The notes beneath the pieces are model-generated. The model did not search any database and was not told the origin of the DNA. It saw nothing but the letters and a program-made list of their open reading frames with translations. From Bacteroidales bacterium (GTDB lineage: Bacteria > Bacteroidota > Bacteroidia > Bacteroidales > UBA4181), in NCBI GenBank assembly GCA_031547085.1, contig JAVBSH010000055.1:3249-67248 (forward strand): a stretch of 64,000 nt of DNA. Reading direction: 5' to 3'. Positions 56,983-64,000 of this stretch are shown in pieces; the stretch's first letter is position 1; every line of letters starts with the position of its first letter. The position numbers and the translations under genes were made by a program.

Positions 56983-59900
56983 TTAAAACCCGATATTCAA
57001 TCCGATATTGAATACCCTTTGAACAGGGTATCCCAAGCCGTTACCCGCCATTTCCGGATCCCAGAGTTTGAACCTGCTCCAACAAAGCAGGTTGGTACCA
57101 CTGACATAGATCCGCAGGTTTTTCATATATATTCTCTCTAAAAGGGAAGAGGGTAAGGTATAGCCGATTTCAGCCGATTTTAATCGCAGGAAACCAGCAT
57201 CCTGCATAAACCAGGTAGATGTTTGGTTGTTATTTACATTACTCGAATTGGATAGACGCGGCCATAATGCGTATGGATTCCTGTTGTCTTCCGACCAATA
57301 ACTATCAGCAAAAGCCTTGATAACCTGTGTTTGTCCCAACCGTCCATCATCAGCATTACCATCTAAGAACGGGGTAATCTTGCCAAGATCAAACCAAAAC
57401 GATTGACGAGTCGATCCTTGGAAAAAGAAGGATAAATCAAATCCTTTGTATCCGACAGAAAGTCCAAAACCATAGTTGATCTCCGGCACAGTGGGGAATC
57501 CGATGGGAACCCTATCCAGTTCCGAAATTTTACCATCGCCGTTGATGTCACGGTATTTGATGTCGCCACCCATATAGGTGCCAAACTGGGTCGGGGAATT
57601 ATTTACTTCCGTATCGTCGATGAAAAGGCGTTCCGCTACATATCCCCAGGTCTGGTTTAAAGGTTGGTTAACCCTTGACAACCAAGGAGTATTGCTATAA
57701 TCGGGTTCTTCCCATTCCAATGCTTTACTTGTGGCATAGGTAAAAGTTCCACGTCCGGTTAACCAAAGACCGTTCCTAAAACTTTTTTCATAGTTCAACT
57801 CCATATCGAACCCTTTTCCTTCTGCCTTTCCCAGGTTGGCTTTAACTTCGGGAATGATTCCCATTGTATTGGGAATTACACGGACTAACAGGATATTATC
57901 ACGGGTTTCCTTAAAAATCTCTATATTCGCCGAGAGTCCGTTTTTCATGACAAATTCGAGGCCGCCATTCCATTTATATGCTTTTTCCCATCCAATACTA
58001 AAGTTTGAATATCTTGAAACATCCACGCCGCCCGGATTATAATTGAGCTGTGTACCCCAGTTTACCGCACGGTCAGCATATAAGGTAACCTGCGACAAAT
58101 AATAAAACCGATCTTCGTCATCACCAATGGCATCTTGTCCTACAAGACCGTAAGTCGCTTTCAATTTTAGCGTCGGGATTTGGTTTTTCAACGAACTAAA
58201 GAATCCTTCGTTGGATAGCATCCATGCCGCACCAATAGAAGGGAAGAAACCGAACCTGTTATTTCTAGCAAAACGCTCCGAACCATTATACCCGAAGTTA
58301 AATTCGGCAAAATAACGTGTATCATAATTGTATGCTAAACGACCGGAAAGTCCCATATTACGGTTGGGAAGCGAAAGTTGAAGGTTATCGGCAATGCCAA
58401 CCTTATGGTTACGCATGGTGTACACCAATAGAGCGTTCAAATTGTTTACATCATAAAATGTCCGGTTATATTCGGCGGCAGCTTCTAAATAGAAGGTCGT
58501 AGTGACCTGCCGGCCAGCCGGCATATAATTGATAAATTCCGTTCCACCTCCCGGATTTAACCGTTGAAGTTTATAGCTGTTTTCCAAAAGATTATACGAG
58601 GAGATGCTATAATAAAATGGAAAATATTGACGGTTCACAAAATATTCCGAATACCTGTGCAAATTGACCAAAGCACGGATTGTCAGTCCTTCGGTAAACA
58701 TATCCAGTTTTTGTTTGCCTTCAAATTGTATCAACATCAAGCTCTTGCTGTAATCGCGATATCCTTTAAGAGCCTCTGCATAGGGATTAATATAGCCTGC
58801 ATGCCCAGCATTCCCAAATAGTATATGTTTAGCGTATGAATATTGTTCATCCGGCTCATAATATGGTTTAAATAATACCGGATTAGCTTGGATCACTTTG
58901 TTGTACATCTCGGTTCCGCCATCGATAGGCCCGGTATAATCATCCAAGGTAGCACTCATGCGTAAGATCAGCTCAGTGGTTTTGGTGACATTGATATTGA
59001 CATTCGAACGAATAGCGAGTTTGGTCAAATCAATGTTGGAGTTAAAGTTATTTTTTTTATCCATTTTCAGATTACCGTTATCTTGTGTAACATTTGCAGC
59101 TACATAATAACGGGCTATTGGTCCACCACCACTGATACTCAAATTAGCGCGATTATTGATGGTTACATCCTTGAACATGGCACCATACCAATCAATCGCA
59201 GGAAAAATATCGGGATATAAGCCACGCTCTGTCATATACAACTGCTCAGAGTTATAAATAGCTAACCCAAGCGGATCGCGTGTTTTTACCGACTCATTGT
59301 GCATGCGCATGAAAGTGTAAGGTTCAGCTATTTCTATTTTCTTTGTCGGAGCTGATATTGAACTTTCCAAACGAATGTTTATACTCGCTTTCCCTTCTTT
59401 CCCTTCCTTGGTTGTTACATAAATAACGCCATTAGCACCACGAGCGCCGTATAGCGCAGTGGCCGTCGCATCTTTCATAATGGAAAAACTCGCTATATCA
59501 TCTGTATTTAGTCGCGCAAGATCTTCTGTTGTCAATTCGACGCCATCAATCAATATTAATGGATCCTTTTTGGATTCGGCCCCGAAAGAAGTAATACCAC
59601 GGATAAAAAAACTTGCATTATCCTGCCCCGGTTCACCGCTTCTCTGGTAAGAAATCAAACCCGCCACACGGCCTGCAAAAGCCGTGGTAAGGTTGCTGCT
59701 TGGCACTTTCAGTTCGCTTGGGCTTACCGTAGATATGGAAGCCAACACGCTTTCCTTTTTTTGCTTGGCAAAGGCTACCACGGTAACTTCCCCAATATCT
59801 ACGGCAACTTCTTTCATTGTTACTGCAATAATACGCCGATTCCCAACCACAACATTTTGCGTTTCATATCCAATAAAGCGAAATTGCAACATGGAAGTGT

Positions 59901-60129
59901 CCCTGGGAACCGAAATGGCGTACTCGCCATTAGCATCTGTGGTTGTGCCTTGTACTGTTCCTCTAACAACCACATTAACTCCCGGCATCAGTGTACCGGC
60001 ATTATCGGTCACAGTCCCCGTTATCCGGATCTGGGCTGTTACCGAAAGGATGCTTGCCCATGTGAATACACAGGCTATAATAAATTTTCTTAAGAGAATT
60101 ATTCCTCTAAAATGAATAAATAAATTCAT
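56983..60129 (-). CDS. SusC-like TonB-dependent receptor
   Basis: 1048 aa with a carboxypeptidase-regulatory-like N-terminus (ITGTVTDNAGTLMPGVNVVVRGT.QGTTTD.NG.Y). It also has a plug (ASFSIMKDATATALYGARGANGVIYVTTK) and a barrel ending NIGLNIGF. Confidence 0.93.
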   Translation of the reverse strand: MNLFIHFRGIILLRKFIIACVFTWASILSVTAQIRITGTVTDNAGTLMPGVNVVVRGTVQGTTTDANGEYAISVPRDTSMLQFRFIGYETQNVVVGNRRIIAVTMKEVAVDIGEVTVVAFAKQKKESVLASISTVSPSELKVPSSNLTTAFAGRVAGLISYQRSGEPGQDNASFFIRGITSFGAESKKDPLILIDGVELTTEDLARLNTDDIASFSIMKDATATALYGARGANGVIYVTTKEGKEGKASINIRLESSISAPTKKIEIAEPYTFMRMHNESVKTRDPLGLAIYNSEQLYMTERGLYPDIFPAIDWYGAMFKDVTINNRANLSISGGGPIARYYVAANVTQDNGNLKMDKKNNFNSNIDLTKLAIRSNVNINVTKTTELILRMSATLDDYTGPIDGGTEMYNKVIQANPVLFKPYYEPDEQYSYAKHILFGNAGHAGYINPYAEALKGYRDYSKSLMLIQFEGKQKLDMFTEGLTIRALVNLHRYSEYFVNRQYFPFYYSISSYNLLENSYKLQRLNPGGGTEFINYMPAGRQVTTTFYLEAAAEYNRTFYDVNNLNALLVYTMRNHKVGIADNLQLSLPNRNMGLSGRLAYNYDTRYFAEFNFGYNGSERFARNNRFGFFPSIGAAWMLSNEGFFSSLKNQIPTLKLKATYGLVGQDAIGDDEDRFYYLSQVTLYADRAVNWGTQLNYNPGGVDVSRYSNFSIGWEKAYKWNGGLEFVMKNGLSANIEIFKETRDNILLVRVIPNTMGIIPEVKANLGKAEGKGFDMELNYEKSFRNGLWLTGRGTFTYATSKALEWEEPDYSNTPWLSRVNQPLNQTWGYVAERLFIDDTEVNNSPTQFGTYMGGDIKYRDINGDGKISELDRVPIGFPTVPEINYGFGLSVGYKGFDLSFFFQGSTRQSFWFDLGKITPFLDGNADDGRLGQTQVIKAFADSYWSEDNRNPYALWPRLSNSSNVNNNQTSTWFMQDAGFLRLKSAEIGYTLPSSLLERIYMKNLRIYVSGTNLLCWSRFKLWDPEMAGNGLGYPVQRVFNIGLNIGF

Positions 60130-60397
60130 AAATTTGCTACGTTTTTGTTATAATGAACGATGGAGATTGTTTATTTTTCAAAAATTCGACGACAGGGAGA
60201 TGTTCGCTGCATTTCCCTGTTTTTTCATTAATTAGGATATAATCATGGGCAAAAAGATTTAGTTAAAATTTTCAAATTTTGATATTCAATAAGTATCTTG
60301 TTCCAGATATTTTACAACCACACAAAGAGAAAAACAATATTGTGGAATTCTATCGCAAGAATGCCTTTACGGACATACATGTCTAATTATCACAGTA

Positions 60398-61243
60398 TTG
60401 TATATAAAAATTGCTTCTTTTTTATATACACAAGGACAAAGAACATTGCTGATTTATGTAACAACATTTTTTTATAATTTTACAGCATTTACCGCCATTT
60501 TGTATGGTACAAATATAGACAAAATTTTGGCCAATACCCAAAAAATAGATAAAATTTTATCTCCAATTAAAAAAAGATTGTTTAAGTATCTTGATTTAAA
60601 AGGTGTTAGTAGGAAAAATTTTTATCTAGAAATGAAATTTTCAGCATCAAATTTTAAAGGAAAGGGAGCAAAAAGTGAATTGGGTGGTGATAATATAGTC
60701 AAAATTTTGACCCAATATCCGGATATTAATCCTGAATGGCTTTTGATTGGAAAAGGCAGAATGTTGAGATCATTTAAAGCATGTCAAAATGACGATCCGG
60801 ATGATCTTGAAATTTTAAAGACCATTGGAAATAAATCATATAGTTATCCATTGATTAATTCGAAAATAATCAATGATTTTGGAAATGACGATTTTGCAAT
60901 TCGAACGTCAGACATAAAAGAATATTATGTAATACCAAGATTCTGGAATTACAACATTGATTTTATGATGGAAATAACAGGCGCTTCAATGTCTCCAAAA
61001 TATGCCAACGGCAACTTGATCGCTTGTAGTGTTGTCCGGGAAAGTCAGTTTATACAATGGGGCAGGGTATACGCAATAGGGACATCAAAACAAGGAGTAC
61101 TGGTAAGGCGTCTTTATCCCAGTAAAGAGAATAAAGAACAGTTCGAGTGTCATGCAGATAACCAGGAATTCCCTCCTTTCGAAATACACAAGCAGGAAAT
61201 AACTGGGCTGGCCCTTGTTGTAGGTGTTATTGGCCTGGAGTAA
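60398..61243 (+). CDS. HTH plus S24 (LexA/CI-like) peptidase-domain repressor; true start unresolved
   Basis: The HTH part reads IKKRLFKYLDLKGVSRKNFYLEM...ILTQYPDINPEWLLIGKGRML. The S24 part reads ITGASMSPKYANGNLIAC. The track start is a TTG. There is no in-frame ATG upstream of the HTH, and another in-frame TTG lies at 60527. Confidence 0.7.
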   Translation: MYIKIASFLYTQGQRTLLIYVTTFFYNFTAFTAILYGTNIDKILANTQKIDKILSPIKKRLFKYLDLKGVSRKNFYLEMKFSASNFKGKGAKSELGGDNIVKILTQYPDINPEWLLIGKGRMLRSFKACQNDDPDDLEILKTIGNKSYSYPLINSKIINDFGNDDFAIRTSDIKEYYVIPRFWNYNIDFMMEITGASMSPKYANGNLIACSVVRESQFIQWGRVYAIGTSKQGVLVRRLYPSKENKEQFECHADNQEFPPFEIHKQEITGLALVVGVIGLE

Positions 61244-61261
61244 CAATAGTTCTACTATCAC

Positions 61262-62614
61262 TCACTGATAACTAATCTGCATTCCATGTATTTTCCTGTA
61301 CAGCTCCAATGCATACAAATCCGTCATTCCCGACACAAAATCAAGGACTGATTGTATCCTGATGTAAGCTGAAGCATCGGGTGGGCTGCAAAACTGTTCC
61401 GGAAGCAAAGCAAGCATTTTTTTTGCGTAATGTGATTGCGGATTCAGTCCGGCATCAATGAACTCGTCCAATAATGCACCCAAGATACGATACCCGGCCA
61501 ATTCCACTTCAATCACCGTCGGATGGTTGTATATGCGTTTCACAGCCAGTGCACTGCAATGTTGCATGGCTATAGCTGGTGTCCCACAGAGCGAATCGAT
61601 AAGCGATATATTGTAACAACCAGCCATGATTGCGTTATAGTTATTCATGAATACGGAAACACACTCACCGACTAACTTATTGATCAATGTCGCCCGTAAA
61701 TACGAAATTTGTTCATTCGGGTCGGTAACTGTTGCAAACACAATATTGGCATTGGCAAAAAAAATTTGGTCCTTATCCGGTGATCCATCCCAAAATGCCA
61801 TCAGCAAATCCTTGGTTTCGGTAGTTGACAGGATGTTCAGTTTGTGTGCATCTTCTATATCCATAACCTGGTAAGTAATGTCGTCGGCAGCTTCTACCAA
61901 ATATACCAGTGGATGACGGCTGTAACGCACAGGATCGTCGGACTGCCGGATGATACCTTGTTCGCAGGCAATTGTTTCAAAAGTATCGCGTTCTGACACA
62001 AAATACCCGTATTTGCATTTCTTGCTGTCGGCAGCTTCCGAACCGTAAGGATACTTCACCAACGAAGCCAGTGTTGCATACGTCAAGGCGAATCCACCTT
62101 TGCGGCGGCCGTTAAACTGATGGGTCAGCACACGGAGGGCATTGGCATTGCCTTCGAAATGCGTCAAGTCGCTCCATTCATTGGCCGAAACTATATCTTT
62201 TACTACTTTTCCCTTACCTTCGGTGAAATAACGTGAAATAGCTTTCTCGCCCGAATGTCCGAACGGTGGATTTCCCATATCATGTGCCAGGCAGGCCGCC
62301 GATACGATTGAGCCGAGTGTCGAAAAAAGATCGGAGCCACGTAATTCATCCCGCTTTTCCAATTCCAGTGCCAACGCATTTCCTAACGAACGACCTACAC
62401 TCGCCACTTCAAGACTGTGTGTCAGTCGATTGTGCACAAAAATACTTCCCGGTAAGGGAAAAACTTGTGTTTTATTCTGCAACCTGCGAAATGGCGATGA
62501 AAAGATGATACGGTCGTAATCTCGCTGAAACTGCGACCGGGCCATACTTTTATCCTCGGGTAGCGAACTGGCGCTACCAAAACGTTTGGCCGAAAGAAGA
62601 GAATCCCAATTCAT
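61262..62614 (-). CDS. dgt: dGTP triphosphohydrolase-like HD-domain protein
   Basis: 450 aa with RSQFQRDYDRIIFSSPFRRLQNKTQVF, NRLTHSLEV and LAHDMGNPPFGH. Confidence 0.88.
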   Translation of the reverse strand: MNWDSLLSAKRFGSASSLPEDKSMARSQFQRDYDRIIFSSPFRRLQNKTQVFPLPGSIFVHNRLTHSLEVASVGRSLGNALALELEKRDELRGSDLFSTLGSIVSAACLAHDMGNPPFGHSGEKAISRYFTEGKGKVVKDIVSANEWSDLTHFEGNANALRVLTHQFNGRRKGGFALTYATLASLVKYPYGSEAADSKKCKYGYFVSERDTFETIACEQGIIRQSDDPVRYSRHPLVYLVEAADDITYQVMDIEDAHKLNILSTTETKDLLMAFWDGSPDKDQIFFANANIVFATVTDPNEQISYLRATLINKLVGECVSVFMNNYNAIMAGCYNISLIDSLCGTPAIAMQHCSALAVKRIYNHPTVIEVELAGYRILGALLDEFIDAGLNPQSHYAKKMLALLPEQFCSPPDASAYIRIQSVLDFVSGMTDLYALELYRKIHGMQISYQ

Positions 62615-62769
62615 AGAACGCGGATGACACGGATTTAACAGATTAAAACGGATTTTTGAAGATAATAGAAGACAGATGACACAGATTTAACGTAATAAAG
62701 TATAGATTTTTCCGGATTTCAGATTAAAAAATCCGTACAAATCAGCCCGATCAGCGTCATCCGCGTTCT
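62615..62769. repeat. Palindromic intergenic repeat element (GGATTT-rich, with terminal inverted repeats)
   Basis: The left end is AGAACGCGGATGACACGGATTT (62615-62636). The right end, reverse-complemented, is AGAACGCGGATGACGC...ACGGATTT (62729-62769). Internal GGATTT/GATTAAAA-type units repeat. It fills the dgt-korA gap exactly. Confidence 0.7.
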
Positions 62770-64000
62770 ATGAAATCGTATTGATGGCATCAACTAATTC
62801 TTCCACAAGGAACGGTTGCCCCTGTACTTTGTTATATTGCTGGTATGTATATTGCGGATGCGTCATGCGCAGATAGTTGACAAACTGTCCGCCATTGAGC
62901 TCACACACCAGTATTTTCTCGTACTTGCCCAATATTTCGCTTGTATTAAGCGGCAGCGGCATAATATGCTTGAAATGTGCATGTCCCACGGGTTTCCCTT
63001 CGGCACGCATGCGATTGACAGCAGCATGCACAAATCCGTAAGTCCCGCCCCAGCTTACCACAAGGGTTTCGCCTTCAATGTCGCCTTCCACTGTTTGACG
63101 TGGGATATAATTAGCCACACGTTGTACTTTTTCATTTCGCAAATGCACCATTTTTTCATGGTTTGGGCCATCGGTTGATACATTGCCTGCCCCATCGGTC
63201 TTTTCCAAACCGCCCACACGGTGCAGCAAGCCAGGCATACCCGGCAAAGCCCATTGCCGTGCCAAGGTCACAGGATCGCGGCGGAAAGGTTTGTATTCCG
63301 TATCATTGGCTTGTGCCAGGGGTGGATGAATTTCGGGCATATCTTTTACCACCGGTAACTTGAAAAGTTGCGAACCATTGCCGATATACCCATCAGTAAG
63401 TAGAATCACCGGCGTCATGTGTTCCATGCTGAGCTTGGCAGCCTCGTAAGCTGTGTAGAAACAATCCGACGGCGACGATGCAGCTATCACAATACATGGA
63501 CATTCGCCATTGCGGCCAAACAATGCCTGGTATAAATCACTTTGTTCCGATTTAGTGGGCATACCTGTTGAGGGGCCGCTGCGTTGTACATTCACGATTA
63601 CCAAAGGCAATTCGGTAATCACAGCCAGTCCTATCGCTTCGCTTTTCAACGAAAATCCGGGACCGGAAGTGGTGGTGAGGGCTAAGGAACCCGTGTAGCT
63701 TGCTCCGATAGCCGAGCAGATACCTGCAATTTCATCTTCAGCTTGGAATGTTTTAACACCCAGTGATTTGTGCTTAGATAATTCGATAAGAATGTCAGTA
63801 GCCGGAGTAATCGGATACGAACCCAAGAATAACGGGCGTCCCGAACGTTCGGCGGCAGCCATGAATCCCCATGCTGTAAGTACATTACCTATAGCATTGC
63901 GGTAGCGGCCTTTTTCAAGTTTGGCAGGAGCCACATGGATGATCGAATGGACGGCTTCGGTATGGTAAGCATAACTGTAACCAGCCTCCAATACCAGTTT
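62768..64000 (-). CDS. korA: 2-oxoacid:ferredoxin oxidoreductase alpha subunit (partial; 5' end beyond the right edge)
   Basis: GSYPITPATDILIELSK, FQAEDEIAGICSAIGASYTG and TTSGPGFSLK. The track start at 63991 is a TTG inside a frame that stays open to 64000 (KLVLEAGYSY). Confidence 0.88.
   Translation of the reverse strand, partial: KLVLEAGYSYAYHTEAVHSIIHVAPAKLEKGRYRNAIGNVLTAWGFMAAAERSGRPLFLGSYPITPATDILIELSKHKSLGVKTFQAEDEIAGICSAIGASYTGSLALTTTSGPGFSLKSEAIGLAVITELPLVIVNVQRSGPSTGMPTKSEQSDLYQALFGRNGECPCIVIAASSPSDCFYTAYEAAKLSMEHMTPVILLTDGYIGNGSQLFKLPVVKDMPEIHPPLAQANDTEYKPFRRDPVTLARQWALPGMPGLLHRVGGLEKTDGAGNVSTDGPNHEKMVHLRNEKVQRVANYIPRQTVEGDIEGETLVVSWGGTYGFVHAAVNRMRAEGKPVGHAHFKHIMPLPLNTSEILGKYEKILVCELNGGQFVNYLRMTHPQYTYQQYNKVQGQPFLVEELVDAINTIS

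Noticed and set aside
60190-60225. Hairpin ACAGGGA...TCCCTGT followed by TTTTTT on the plus strand, upstream of SusC.
   Set aside because: There is no plus-strand gene upstream for it to terminate. On the minus strand it lacks a T-run. I cannot distinguish a leader structure from chance.
61262-62614. The dGTPase considered as an anti-phage nucleotide-depletion defence gene, with the adjacent HTH-S24 repressor as part of a defence island.
   Set aside because: The sequence looks like the widespread housekeeping Dgt-like family of Bacteroidota. The base composition is core-like and no other defence or mobile genes are adjacent. I have no sequence-level reason to call it a defence system.
1-64000. 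Search for tRNA, rRNA, CRISPR arrays, transposases, integrases or conjugation genes that would explain the mobility of the 20.4-34.0 kb island.
   Set aside because: I recognised none by eye. The only mobility-type clues are the compositional shift and the truncated ftsY remnant, so the transfer mechanism remains open.

Overview
This window looks like a Bacteroidota (probably Bacteroidales) chromosome segment. The markers are SusC/SusD pairs, gldF, a uppS-bamA-ompH-ompH block and lipoprotein-rich signal peptides. All calls come from hand reading of the ORF track and DNA, with no searches run, so domain names are motif-based recognitions. Most of the window is core genome. It holds a cobalamin-riboswitch/BtuB-like receptor, the BamA cluster, hisC, a YtxH/holin-like stress cluster, a TldD-like protease, aroA, sdaA and a very large PD40/Omp85-like protein. 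It also holds GH92, rpe, hisF, a SusC/SusD polysaccharide utilisation locus (PUL) with GH43 and CotH-like genes, dgt and korA. The stand-out region is a visibly AT-rich 13.7-kb accessory island (20355-34036). A complete C39-peptidase ABC (PCAT)/HlyD/TolC exporter sits back-to-back with a tightly packed plus-strand gene set. That set holds a LanC-like protein lacking zinc-ligand motifs, a GT2 with a degenerate DxD, a small HTH regulator and an ATATAC palindrome array. It continues with a 171-aa protein combining a bacteriocin-leader-like N-terminus with a C39/papain-like Cys-His-Asp(Pro) motif set and a Ser/Asn tail. After that come a seven-blade LWKNG repeat protein, two tandem GT4 paralogues, a lipocalin-like lipoprotein and a GT2-GT10 fusion. 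A 5'-truncated ftsY remnant lies at the right edge of the island. I propose, as inference only, a secretion-plus-glycosylation antagonism system, glycocin-like but with a protein-sized or peptidase component. Smaller curiosities are GTTTCAA-type repeat elements, a palindromic intergenic repeat, a split zeta-toxin-like module next to gldF, and a CotH-like lipoprotein closing the PUL. I recognised no tRNA, rRNA, CRISPR array, transposase or integrase.
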